DNA from: Gammaproteobacteria bacterium
Lineage (GTDB): Bacteria > Pseudomonadota > Gammaproteobacteria > JADZEE01
Length of the DNA stretch: 64,000 bases
Reading direction: 5' to 3'
Assembly (NCBI GenBank): GCA_050183625.1
Contig: JBFXBD010000001.1
Location: forward strand, 4,989 to 68,988
Shown here: positions 9,321 to 18,266 of the stretch, in pieces
Layout of the letters: every line of letters starts with the position of its first letter
Numbering within the stretch: position 1 is the first letter of the stretch
Translations under genes and position numbers: made by a program
The notes under the pieces: generated by a model
What the model was told of the DNA's origin: nothing
Seen by the model: the letters and a program-made list of their open reading frames with translations, nothing else
Database searches by the model: none

Positions 9321-9647
9321 GCGCAGTTCTTCGACAAGGCACGTCAGTAGCGGCCGTGCGCGCTGCATTTGCGACGAGTTTGACGCACTGGTCTTCGCGC
9401 GCAGCAAGGCGCGGACCGAACACACGCGGCAGGTCGTCAACGAACTGCTGGCCCAGTTCTACGGATTTGCCGGCGACAACCGGGGGTGCCCATCCTGGCA
9501 GCAACCAACATGCCCAGGGACGTGGACTCAGCGATAAAGCGGCCTGGCAGATTCAGTCGTCAGGTGCTCGTTCCGCCTGGGGACGAGGCGGCGCGCGCCC
9601 GCATCATCGAACTCACGTTGCCGGGCGTGCCCCACGACCGCAGTTGA
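9321..9647 (+). pseudogene. Classical AAA ATPase internal fragment with an in-frame stop and frameshifts
   Basis: Reading across frames gives FFDKARQ*RPC / DEFDALVFAR..VVNELLAQ..GF..DNRG / ILAATNMPRDVDSAIKRPGRFSRQVLVPPGDEAARARII, i.e. Walker B plus the second region of homology. Confidence 0.8.
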
Positions 9648-10470
9648 ACCGCGCGCCATTGGCGCGATCACGCGCCACTTCTCGGGCGCGGCGGCCGAGT
9701 GGCGCCGCCAGGGCGAGCGCGCCGGCCATGCAGATCCAGGCTCCAGGCAGCGGAACGATCGCGCCGCCCACTGTGAGTTGAGTCAGGGTGCCCGTCAGCA
9801 GCAGTTCCGGCGGGGCATCGGCAAGAAGCGTCGGCGCGCCCGGGGCATCGACGCGGACCAGGAACAGCGTGAATTGCCCTGCCAGATCGCCCACCATCGC
9901 GTGGGCCTCGACGACATCAAAGGCGGTCTCGAGCTGTTTGTCGGCAAGCGAGTCGATCAGGGTTCCCGTACTCCACGCCGCTTCGGTGACGCCATAGTCC
10001 GCGTTCGCGAGCGCGGGCAGATGCGGGAACGTGAGCAATGCGTCCGGAGGAGTTTGGTCGGCGTTGGTATGAAGCCCGATGCCGACTTCGGTCTCCGGCC
10101 CGGCGAATGGATTGCTGTGGACCAGGATGTCGCTGCGGTAGCCAGTGGTGGCGTTGGGAATGCCGTTCCCAATCATGACCGTGCCGGCAGGCAAGCCGCC
10201 AGGCAGCAACGGCTTCAGTATCACGGAAGCACTGAGTACCGGATTCATGTACAGCCGTGTGAAGTCGGTCTGATCCTCGAACGCCACGCCCGTATCGATC
10301 ACGAAGGTGGCTTGGGCGTCGAAGCTGCCGAGCAACGTAACGCCATCGAACAACTCGGCCGCACCGCTCGCGACGATCGTCAGTCCGGGCGCGGCTCCGA
10401 GAGCGGCGGGTGTCGGCGCGATGCAACCAAGCAGGACCAGGGTGGCTACGCACCGGGCGCGAGTGAGCAT
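9613..10470 (-). CDS. Secreted protein with a VPLPA/PEP-CTERM-like sorting tail
   Basis: N-terminal signal peptide; C-terminal VPLPGAW followed by a hydrophobic stretch and a basic GRRAR cluster; GAGGA Shine-Dalgarno. Confidence 0.72.
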   Translation of the reverse strand: MLTRARCVATLVLLGCIAPTPAALGAAPGLTIVASGAAELFDGVTLLGSFDAQATFVIDTGVAFEDQTDFTRLYMNPVLSASVILKPLLPGGLPAGTVMIGNGIPNATTGYRSDILVHSNPFAGPETEVGIGLHTNADQTPPDALLTFPHLPALANADYGVTEAAWSTGTLIDSLADKQLETAFDVVEAHAMVGDLAGQFTLFLVRVDAPGAPTLLADAPPELLLTGTLTQLTVGGAIVPLPGAWICMAGALALAAPLGRRAREVARDRANGARFNCGRGARPAT

Positions 10471-10826
10471 CGTCAGTTCCTCGCAAGTCCAATCGGCGAC
10501 GCCGAATGCGACCAGACACGTCCGCGGCCATGCGAAGTCGGGGCACGTTCACATTGGAGACGACGAGCGTCAGTCGCAAACGTGGCCTGATGTCCAGAAC
10601 AAGCGTAGACGGTCCCGCGTCACGGTGCGTGAATGATTGTGGCGACGCGCCGGCTGCTGTACGTTCGCGAACACTCCCGGTCCGCGAACGCTCGCACCTG
10701 GGCACGCTCTGGAGTCGCCGCATTGCACTGCCGTCGATTGCAATACGGTGCGCCGGCTTGCCCATGCCCGGCGACACGCGGCGGTGGACTTGCTAGGCTT
10801 GCGTGAAATCATCGGGAGAACGCCGG

Positions 10827-11207
10827 ATGCCGACCCGCGAACAGATGCTTGCCAGGTTCGAGAGCCACCGCCGGGCCTTCAACGCCCGCAACCGCGCCGA
10901 ATGGCTGGAGAACTTCGTCGACGAGCCCTTCATCCAGGAACCGGCGGACAGCGACATGCGCTGGGGTCGCGAGCAGTACGGCAAGACCATGGACGCCGTG
11001 CAGTCCTTCGGCAGCGACGCGACCATCCAGCCGCCGCTCGCCGCGGTCTGCAACGGCAACGATCTCGCGCTGCACCTGCTGATCCGGACCACCACGCCCG
11101 GCTACCCGCCCGAGCTGCACATCGTCGAGATCTTCACCTTCGCCGAGGACGGCCGCATCGCCGGCGTGCGCGCCTTCGTCCCCCCCGAAGGCCTCCCCCC
11201 CACCTGA
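10827..11207 (+). CDS. SnoaL/NTF2-like family protein
   Basis: RRAFNARNRAEWLENF, QEPAD..WGRE, VEIFTFAEDGRIAGVRAF; GGGAGA Shine-Dalgarno. Confidence 0.8.
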   Translation: MPTREQMLARFESHRRAFNARNRAEWLENFVDEPFIQEPADSDMRWGREQYGKTMDAVQSFGSDATIQPPLAAVCNGNDLALHLLIRTTTPGYPPELHIVEIFTFAEDGRIAGVRAFVPPEGLPPT

Positions 11208-11258
11208 AACGGGGTCGGAGTGATTTTCACCCCCCGAAACGGGGTCGGAGTGATTTTC
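11206..11258 (+). repeat. Repeat family B, tandem pair (GAAACGGGGTCGGAGTGATTTTC)
   Basis: Two identical 23-mers at 11206-11228 and 11236-11258, period 30 bp; the first overlaps the TGA of the SnoaL gene. Confidence 0.92.
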
Positions 11259-11307
11259 ACCGCTTTCCGGGCGCCCTGCGCCTGCCAAACGAACGAGGAG
11301 CCACACG

Positions 11308-12024
11308 ATGGACGTCGAGGAGTTCATTGCCGATCTCAAGTCCCGCCATGACGCGATCAGCTATGCCAACCACCCCTTCCTGCGCGACATGATCGCCGGC
11401 ACGCTGCCGTTGCGCGCGATTGGCGGCTGGGTGATCCAGAACGGGTACCACCTGGCCGGGGAGTGCTACAAGGAGTTCTGCCTGTTCGCGCTGCGCATTC
11501 CGGATCGGAAAATCAAGAAATCGCTGATCGACAACCTCGCCGGCGAGGTGTTCGGGATCCGTGGCGTGGAGGCGCACTGGTCGCTCGCGCTGCGGCTGGC
11601 CGTGGCCTGCGGCTGGGACGAGGCCGAGGCACGTGCCGAGCCGATCCTGCCGGAGACCGACGCCATCACGAACTACTGCGTCGCCAATGCCGTCATCGGC
11701 AGCGCCGAGGCGGTGATGGCCGGCGTCACGCTCGGCGGCGAAGGCCCTTTCGGCCCGCTCAGCCCGAAGATCGCCCGCTCGCTGCGCGAGAACTACAAGC
11801 TCGACAAGCACCAGACCGAGTACGTCTGGGAACACGAGGAGGCCGATGCCGAGCACGCCGAGACCGGCTGGGACATGGTCCGCGCGTATGCCACCGACGC
11901 CCGGCGCCAGGCCGAGATCCGCGGCCATTACGAGCGCATGACGCTGATGTTCTGGGAGTACTACGACGGCTGCACGCGCGCCTACGTGCAGGGGCGCAAG
12001 CCCGGATACCACAGCCGCGTCTGA
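11308..12024 (+). CDS. Heme-oxygenase-like diiron protein (TenA/PqqC/CADD superfamily)
   Basis: NHPFLRDM start motif, NLAGE...EAHW, GGEG and HEEADAEH (HxxxDxxH); GAGGAG Shine-Dalgarno. Confidence 0.8.
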   Translation: MDVEEFIADLKSRHDAISYANHPFLRDMIAGTLPLRAIGGWVIQNGYHLAGECYKEFCLFALRIPDRKIKKSLIDNLAGEVFGIRGVEAHWSLALRLAVACGWDEAEARAEPILPETDAITNYCVANAVIGSAEAVMAGVTLGGEGPFGPLSPKIARSLRENYKLDKHQTEYVWEHEEADAEHAETGWDMVRAYATDARRQAEIRGHYERMTLMFWEYYDGCTRAYVQGRKPGYHSRV

Positions 12025-12096
12025 ATTCAGCCGCGAACGGCGGCATTCCGCGGTGCGGCTGCCGCCTGATCGAAGCCGGCCTGTGCCCCTGAACTG

Positions 12097-12675
12097 CTAC
12101 AGGTCCTCGGTGGGACGCGCGGCCATCTGCTCGAGATCGTCCATGGCCGCGTTTGCCTGCGGCCAGGCGCGCGCGTCGATCAGGCGCCGGACCTTCTCGA
12201 CCTGCTTGTCCATGCTCTCCGCCACCAGGCCGCCCTGCGCCCGCGCGCGCCTGAACTCGGCGCCGCCGGTGATGCCCGACAGGCGCTTTTCGGCATCGGC
12301 TTTCGCGTCGGCCGAGATCGTGTCGCGGATGCTGTCGATCAGCGCCGGCTTGGCCTTGCGGGAATCGACCTTGAGCGTGAGGCCTGCGTCGCGCGCGATC
12401 ACCGCCTTGAGCGTCCTGACGGCCGGCGGGTCGGTCTCGGTCTCGAAGACGAGCTCGTCGGTGCCTGGCTCGGTCGCGCACTGGCCCTTGAAGATCTTGC
12501 CTCCGCCGCCCAGTTCCCGCTGCGCCTGCGAAATGGCGCTCGATGCAATCGGGTTCCTGGAGACGATGAGCGTGCCCTCTCCGGGTGCCTTTTCGACCAG
12601 GGCGAAGAACATCTTCTTCGTCTTCGCCGTCTTGAGGGCAGCCGCCAGGTCCTTGTCGATCTTGGCCATCTGCAT
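12097..12675 (-). CDS. Hypothetical protein (192 aa)
   Basis: Strong AGGAGGT Shine-Dalgarno before ATG 12675; protein-like composition and host-like codon bias. The upstream part of the 415 aa ORF is antisense to the LLM gene. Confidence 0.75.
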   Translation of the reverse strand: MQMAKIDKDLAAALKTAKTKKMFFALVEKAPGEGTLIVSRNPIASSAISQAQRELGGGGKIFKGQCATEPGTDELVFETETDPPAVRTLKAVIARDAGLTLKVDSRKAKPALIDSIRDTISADAKADAEKRLSGITGGAEFRRARAQGGLVAESMDKQVEKVRRLIDARAWPQANAAMDDLEQMAARPTEDL

Positions 12676-12867
12676 ACCTCCTGGGCTGGCGCCGCGACGC
12701 CGGGAAAGCGGTTGCCGCCGGCCGGTCGCTTGCGCTGCACCTGCCCGCGGCGATGACTGGAAGACTTCCAGGGTAGTATAGGCCCGGAAACGCCTGCGCC
12801 TGCGTGCGCGCTTTCGCATCCAGCGCCGAAGCGGACCGGCAAGGCACGATTTGGGAGCCCAGCGCCC

Positions 12868-13758
12868 ATGCGCCCGCGATTCTGGCTTTCGCTCGCCTAC
12901 CAGCCGGTCGCACAGCTCGTCGATCTCGCGCGCGCGGCGGAAGATGCCGGCTTTCATGGCGTGGCGCTCCCGGAACATCTGGTGACGCCCGCGAAGATCA
13001 CCTCGCGGTATCCGTACCGGGAGGATGGCGTGCTCGACGTGCGCCCGGAGCTGCAGGCACCGGATCCCTGGGTCGCCATCGGCACCCTGGCCGGCGCGAC
13101 CCGCACCCTGCGGTTCGTCACCAGCGTCTACCTGCTGCCGCTGCACGAGCTGTTCAGCGCGGCCAAGGCGATCTCGACCGCCGCCTGTCTCTCGGGCGGG
13201 CGGGTGGCGCTCGGCGTCGGCGTGGGCTGGATGCGCGAGGAGTTCGAGCTCACCGGCCAGGACTTCGCCACGCGCGGCCGGCGCACGGACGAGATGCTCG
13301 CGGCCATGCGGCGGCTGTTCGCCGGCGGCATGGTGGAGCATCACGGCGAGTTCTTCGATTTCGATCCCGTGCAGATCTCACCGGTGCCCGAGGCACCGAT
13401 ACCGGTGTACGTCGGCGGCGAGAGCCCGGCCGCGCTGCGGCGGGCCGCCGCGGCCGACGGCTGGATGAGTGCGCGGATCTGCAGCCCCGGGGAACTCGCG
13501 GACGTGATCGGGCGCCTGAATGCCGCGCGTGCGATCGCCGGCGCGGTAGAACGCCCGTTGCGCATCTTCGCCAGCGCCGACCAGCCGCCGGCACCGGACG
13601 TCGTCGAGGCGATGTCCCAGGCCGGCGTAACCGACCTGACGATATCGGCCCGGCACGCCCTGGGCCCCTGGCACGCAAGCGCCGCCGACAAACGCCGGTC
13701 GCTGCACGCCTTCGCCACCCGCTTCCGCCTCCGCGCCCCCGAAACGGGGTCGGAGTGA
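12868..13758 (+). CDS. LLM-class oxidoreductase, probable F420-dependent type
   Basis: AEDAGFHGVALPEH, PDPWVAIG, LGVGVGWMREEF, RGRRTDE and VGGES..ALRRAA..DGW. Confidence 0.88.
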   Translation: MRPRFWLSLAYQPVAQLVDLARAAEDAGFHGVALPEHLVTPAKITSRYPYREDGVLDVRPELQAPDPWVAIGTLAGATRTLRFVTSVYLLPLHELFSAAKAISTAACLSGGRVALGVGVGWMREEFELTGQDFATRGRRTDEMLAAMRRLFAGGMVEHHGEFFDFDPVQISPVPEAPIPVYVGGESPAALRRAAAADGWMSARICSPGELADVIGRLNAARAIAGAVERPLRIFASADQPPAPDVVEAMSQAGVTDLTISARHALGPWHASAADKRRSLHAFATRFRLRAPETGSE

Positions 13759-13926
13759 TTTTCGTCCCGCGATTCGGGGTCGGAGTGATTTTCCGGATCC
13801 GCTGACGCGGCGCGCACGCGGTGCGTCCGACCGGTTCATCGCGAAAATTCACTCCGACCCCGTTTCAGAGCGGAAATTCACTCCGACCCCGTTTCGGTTT
13901 GAGATAATTCACTCCGACCCCGTTTC
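13741..13926. repeat. Repeat family B cluster: two forward and three inverted copies
   Basis: Forward copies at 13741-13763 and 13771-13793; inverted copies (..AATTCACTCCGACCCCGTTTC) at 13843-13866, 13872-13895 and 13903-13926; period about 30 bp. Confidence 0.92.
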
Positions 13927-13941
13927 GGGGGTGGGGAGGCG

Positions 13942-15096
13942 ATGATGGATCGATATGCGATGAATACGGCGGAGTTCCGGGTGGACCCGTTTCCGGTGTT
14001 GAACCGGCTGCGTGAGGAGGCGCCGGTGCACCGGCACGAGGATGGCATCTGGACGATTTCGCGCTATGCGGACGTGTCCGCGGGCGTGCGCAATCACGCC
14101 GTGTTCTCCAACGTCGGCTCGGCCTACCACGCGCCGGCCGGCAGCATCAACGGCTCGTTCGCGGTCGAACTCGCCGGGAGGCGGCTGTCCAGCCGCGACG
14201 AGCCCGACCACCGCGCGCTGCGCACGCTGATGAACCCGATGTTCTTCCCGCGCGCCATGACCGCCCTGGCGCCGAAGATCGAGGCGATCGTCGACGGCCT
14301 GGTGCAGGAGATGCGGCGCAAGCAGCGCGATGGCGTCGCGCTCGACTTCGTGCGCGACTTCGCCTACCCGCTGACCACGCTGTCGATCAACGTCATCGTG
14401 GGCGTGCCGGATTCGATCCGCGACCGCTACACCAACTACAGCACCGCGGTCGACGAGGCGATGGGCGAGTACTTCCGCGAGATCGTGCGCTACAAGGAAG
14501 ACCACCCCGGCGAGGACGTGACCACCGAGCTGATCCGCATCGCCAAGGCCGGCCACGACCTGCTGCCACTGGCGGACGTCGTCTACTATCTCGCCGCGCT
14601 CTGGACCGGCGGCACCTGGACCACCACCCTGCACATCGCCAATGCCGCGGCGCTGTTGCAGCGCGTGCCCGGCCTGCGCGAACAACTGCGCGCGGACGAG
14701 TCGCTGATCCCGGCATTCGTCGAGGAAGCCCTGCGCCTGGATCCGCCGGTGCTGTTCACCGCCAAGCGCACGCTGGCCGACGTCGACGTTTCGGGCACGC
14801 GCATCCCGGCGGCACAGCAGGTGCTGTTCGTGTATGCGGCGGCGAACCGCGATCCGCGCCAGTTCGCCGACCCGGACACCTTCAACCTCGCGCGCCGGCC
14901 GAACAAGCACCTGTCGTTCTCCGAAGGCATCCACCACTGCATCGGCTCCCCGCTCGCGCGGCTGGAGTCCGTCACTGCGTTCCGGCGCCTGGTGCGCAGC
15001 GACGTGGCGCTGGAGATCGATCTGCCCCAATCGTCCCGCACCGCCGAGATGACCCTCTCCGGCTATCGCACGCTGCCGTGCAGCGTCGCCGGTTGA
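13942..15096 (+). CDS. Cytochrome P450 with an atypical I-helix
   Basis: DEPDHRALR, EEALR (ExxR), AANRDP and heme loop FSEGIHHCIG. Confidence 0.92.
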   Translation: MMDRYAMNTAEFRVDPFPVLNRLREEAPVHRHEDGIWTISRYADVSAGVRNHAVFSNVGSAYHAPAGSINGSFAVELAGRRLSSRDEPDHRALRTLMNPMFFPRAMTALAPKIEAIVDGLVQEMRRKQRDGVALDFVRDFAYPLTTLSINVIVGVPDSIRDRYTNYSTAVDEAMGEYFREIVRYKEDHPGEDVTTELIRIAKAGHDLLPLADVVYYLAALWTGGTWTTTLHIANAAALLQRVPGLREQLRADESLIPAFVEEALRLDPPVLFTAKRTLADVDVSGTRIPAAQQVLFVYAAANRDPRQFADPDTFNLARRPNKHLSFSEGIHHCIGSPLARLESVTAFRRLVRSDVALEIDLPQSSRTAEMTLSGYRTLPCSVAG

Positions 15097-15122
15097 TCCA
15101 CACCCGGACCAGGAGCACATCC

Positions 15123-15932
15123 ATGGCCAAGTCCCTGAGCTACGCCGAGCGCCACGCGCACGCGGTGGAAACCTTCAAGCGCTTCATGCCGGGCCAGGAC
15201 CCGGAACGCAGCGAGCAGGCATTGCGGCGGCGCATGGGCGCGCTCGGCAGCTTCGCCTTCGAGATGGTCGGCGAAATGTGGGATCGGCCCCAGCTCAGCC
15301 GCCGTGATCGATCGCTGTTCATCATCGCCGTGCTCGCCGCGCAGGCGCGCGACGAGGAACTGGAGACGCACACGCGCATCGGCCTGCGCCACGGCCTGGC
15401 GCGCGTGGAGATCGAGGAGATCCTGCTGCACATCGCCGCCTACGCCGGGTTTCCGGCCGCGATGGCGGCCAGTCGCCGGGTGGACGCGGGCCTGCGCGCG
15501 GAGGAAGGCGTGGACAAGCTCTCCGATCGCACCCCGGCGCTGTCGAAGTCCGACGCCGAGCGGGATCGGGACGCCATGGACGTGTTCCGGACCCTGTCCG
15601 GCGGCCGCGGCGGCAGCGATGCCGCCGCCGATCTGGCAGGCATGGAGTCGATGCTGGGCGATGTCGGCGTGACGGCCTATCGCTGGGCGTTCGGCGAGAT
15701 CTGGTCGCGCAGCGAGCTTTCACGCCGCGATCGTTCGATCGTCGTCATCGCCATCCTGATTTCGCTGGGTGCGAAGGCCGAGCTCACCGCGCACATCGCC
15801 GCGGGCCGAACGCATGGACTGAGCCAGGCGGAGATCGAGGAAGTCGTCCACCACCTGTCGATCTACGTCGGCTTTCCGCGCGCGGTCGAGGCGATGCGGA
15901 TCGCACGCGCGCCGGCGGGCTCGACGGGCTGA
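15123..15932 (+). CDS. Tandem carboxymuconolactone decarboxylase (CMD) family protein
   Basis: Two repeats of GE[M/I]W.R..LSRRDRS...HGL...EIEE...Y.GFP.A; AGGAG Shine-Dalgarno. Confidence 0.88.
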   Translation: MAKSLSYAERHAHAVETFKRFMPGQDPERSEQALRRRMGALGSFAFEMVGEMWDRPQLSRRDRSLFIIAVLAAQARDEELETHTRIGLRHGLARVEIEEILLHIAAYAGFPAAMAASRRVDAGLRAEEGVDKLSDRTPALSKSDAERDRDAMDVFRTLSGGRGGSDAAADLAGMESMLGDVGVTAYRWAFGEIWSRSELSRRDRSIVVIAILISLGAKAELTAHIAAGRTHGLSQAEIEEVVHHLSIYVGFPRAVEAMRIARAPAGSTG

Positions 15933-15995
15933 GCGCGGCCACACGGGCTGCCGCGCACGGCCCGATCCAATCCCCGCGCCGCCGCGGCGCCCGGC

Positions 15996-17024
15996 TCAGC
16001 CCGCGTCGCGCACCGGCGCCATCGGCGCCGGCGGGGCGATCTCGATGTGCGGCAGCACGTCCGAGACGAACAGCTCCAGGCTCTCCCAGCCGAGGTCGAC
16101 GTCCAGGCCGGTGCGGGTGGGCTTGAATGCGAGATGCGCGCCGTCGGGCTTGCTGCGCGCGAGCGCGACGCACTCCTCGGGCGTGAGCACGCCGAAGTTG
16201 GGCTTCCTGCGCAGGTTGGCGAGTTCTTCCTGCTGGCCGTGGTCGAGCACGTAGCCGATCCGCGGCCGGTTGCCCGCCGCGCTCCAGCCGGCGTACTGGT
16301 TCACCTCGTGCAGCAGGTGCGGCGCCAGGCGCGCCCAGGCGCGCTCCGGATCCCGGCTCACGAACACGTACAGCGGATAGCCGGGCTTGCGGATCGGCCC
16401 CGGCGCCCGGCCGAGCCGCTCGCACTCGGCGAGATACAGGTCATACAACACCGGATCGTCCGCCGCGGGCGCGAACCCATCGCCCAGGCGCGCCGCGCGG
16501 CGCGCGGAGGCTTCCACCGCCCCGCCGACCAGCACCGGCGGTCGCGGCTTCTGGAACGGCAGCGGCAGCACGCGTCCTCGCCGCCCGCGGTACTCGAACG
16601 GTCGGCCCGCCAGGCAATCGAGCAGCACCGGCAGCTTCTCGTCCATCAGTCGGGCCCGGTCGCGCAGCGAGACGCCGTACATCTCGAACTCGTGCGGCAC
16701 GTAGCCCAGGCCGGCGATGATCTCCAGCCGGCCCTGGCTGACCAGATCGGCGGTGATTGCATCCTCGGCGACGCGGATCGGATCCAGCAGCGGCAGCAGC
16801 AGGCAGCCGACGCCGATGCGCGCCCGCCGCGTGACCGCGCCCACCGCCGCCGCCATGGCCAGCGGCGAGGTCAGGTTCTGCGAGCCGTGGTGTTCGTCGA
16901 CCCAGATCTGGGTCACGCCGCGCGCGTCCGCCCACGCCGCCTGTTCGAGGGCGACCCGGTACAACGTCTCGGCGGCATTCTCCTCGAAGCACTTGAAATC
17001 GATCGACATCCGCCAGGTGATCAT
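15996..17024 (-). CDS. LLM-class flavin-dependent oxidoreductase
   Basis: WVDEHHGS, LLPLLDPIRVAED, GLGYVPHEF and ARRAARLGDG. Confidence 0.9.
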   Translation of the reverse strand: MITWRMSIDFKCFEENAAETLYRVALEQAAWADARGVTQIWVDEHHGSQNLTSPLAMAAAVGAVTRRARIGVGCLLLPLLDPIRVAEDAITADLVSQGRLEIIAGLGYVPHEFEMYGVSLRDRARLMDEKLPVLLDCLAGRPFEYRGRRGRVLPLPFQKPRPPVLVGGAVEASARRAARLGDGFAPAADDPVLYDLYLAECERLGRAPGPIRKPGYPLYVFVSRDPERAWARLAPHLLHEVNQYAGWSAAGNRPRIGYVLDHGQQEELANLRRKPNFGVLTPEECVALARSKPDGAHLAFKPTRTGLDVDLGWESLELFVSDVLPHIEIAPPAPMAPVRDAG

Positions 17025-17240
17025 CGCTGCGGCTCCGCTGCATGGACGGTGGGCGCGCCGCGCCCGGCTCCAGTATGCATCCGGCGCCGCGGCCGCGCAC
17101 CGCCCGACCGTCCGGCACACGGGTCGCGGCCGGGCGATCGCAACCACGCCGCGCCGGACCCTGGAGCCGGATCCGCGCGCGGTGTAAGGTTGCCCCCCGG
17201 CGCAATCGCGCGCCGCGCGATCCACGGGGAGGAACGTCCA

Positions 17241-18167
17241 ATGCTGCGAGCCCTCATGCTGTCCGCCTGCCTGCTCGGCACCGCCGTCCACGCCGAGGAC
17301 TGGTACCCGTCCCGCTACGGGGCGGACGACACCATCGGCGCCGCGAACAATCTCTCACCGGAGAAGGTCGTCGAGGCGGCGCGCCTCATCAGGACCGGCA
17401 AGGCCTATTCGCTCGCAATCGACACCGGGCCGGACACGCCGACCTTTCCGCCGCGCCGATTCAGCCTGCTGGTGATGCAGCTCGGCCCGGGCGACGGCGA
17501 GCCCGGCGGCTCCAACCGCGTCACCAGCAACGACGACGTGCTCATAACCTCGGTCGGCATCGGCACCCAGCTCGACGGGCTCGGCCACCTGGGCATCGAT
17601 CACAAGTACTACAACGGCCTGCGGGCAGCCGACTTCGTCACCAACACCGGCCTGAAGAAGCTCGGCATCCACGCCATCCCGCCGATCGTGAGCCGCGGCG
17701 TACTCATCGACATGGCCCGGCACTTCGGCAAGCCGATGCTCGAAGCCGGGCAGGTGTTCAACCGCGCCGACATCGAGGCGGCGGCCAAGGCGCAGGGCGT
17801 GCGCATCGGCAAGGGCGATGTGGTGCTGTTCCACACCGGATGGATCGGGCTGGTGGGCGTGGACAACGCGAAGTTCATGTCCGGGGAGCCGGGCCTGGGC
17901 GTGGACGGCGCCCGCTGGCTGGCCGGCCTGGGCGTGGTCGCGGTTGGCGCGGACACCGGCGCGCTGGATGCAATGCCGGGAGAGGATCGCACGCAGGCGG
18001 TCCCGGTGCACGCCGAGCTGCTGGCAAAAAGCGGCGTCTACATCCTGGAAAACATCGACACCCGCGCGCTGGCCGCGGATCGCGCCTACGAGTTCCTGTT
18101 CGTCCTGGGCCAGCCGCGCATCGTCGGCGCGGTGCAGGCGATCATCAACCCGATCGCCATCCGCTGA
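17241..18167 (+). CDS. Cyclase (kynurenine formamidase-like) family protein with a signal peptide
   Basis: SRYGADDTIGAANNL, GTQLDGLGH, RGVLID, GDVVLFHTGW and GVYILEN; Sec-type leader ending AVHA. Confidence 0.88.
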   Translation: MLRALMLSACLLGTAVHAEDWYPSRYGADDTIGAANNLSPEKVVEAARLIRTGKAYSLAIDTGPDTPTFPPRRFSLLVMQLGPGDGEPGGSNRVTSNDDVLITSVGIGTQLDGLGHLGIDHKYYNGLRAADFVTNTGLKKLGIHAIPPIVSRGVLIDMARHFGKPMLEAGQVFNRADIEAAAKAQGVRIGKGDVVLFHTGWIGLVGVDNAKFMSGEPGLGVDGARWLAGLGVVAVGADTGALDAMPGEDRTQAVPVHAELLAKSGVYILENIDTRALAADRAYEFLFVLGQPRIVGAVQAIINPIAIR

Positions 18168-18175
18168 CCGCCCTT

Positions 18176-18266
18176 CGTCGTCGCGAGCGCAGCGAAGCGA
18201 CCCAATCGGCCTGGATGCCACCGGCAGCGCGTGGATTGCTTCGTCGCTTCGCTCCTCGCAATGACG
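18176..18266. repeat. Repeat family C, about 91 bp palindromic intergenic element, copy 1
   Basis: Arms CGTCGTCGCGAGCGCAGCGAAGCGACCC and GGATTGCTTCGTCGCTTCGCTCCTCGCAATGACG; matches the reverse complement of 32700-32790 at 86 of 91 positions by my count. Confidence 0.9.

Noticed and set aside
10722-10744. ATTGCA-N11-TGCAAT inverted repeat in the divergent intergenic region
   Set aside because: It could be a regulator site, but it is a single 6 bp dyad with no second instance noticed, which is too weak to call.
12030-12060. GC-rich hairpins between convergent genes (also near 27530-27590) as intrinsic terminators
   Set aside because: They have no U-tract, and such stems arise easily by chance at this GC content.
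13741-13926. Short repeats with spacers as a CRISPR array
   Set aside because: Spacers are only about 5-7 bp (13-15 bp in family A), orientation flips within the cluster, there are at most three copies in a row, and no cas genes are present.
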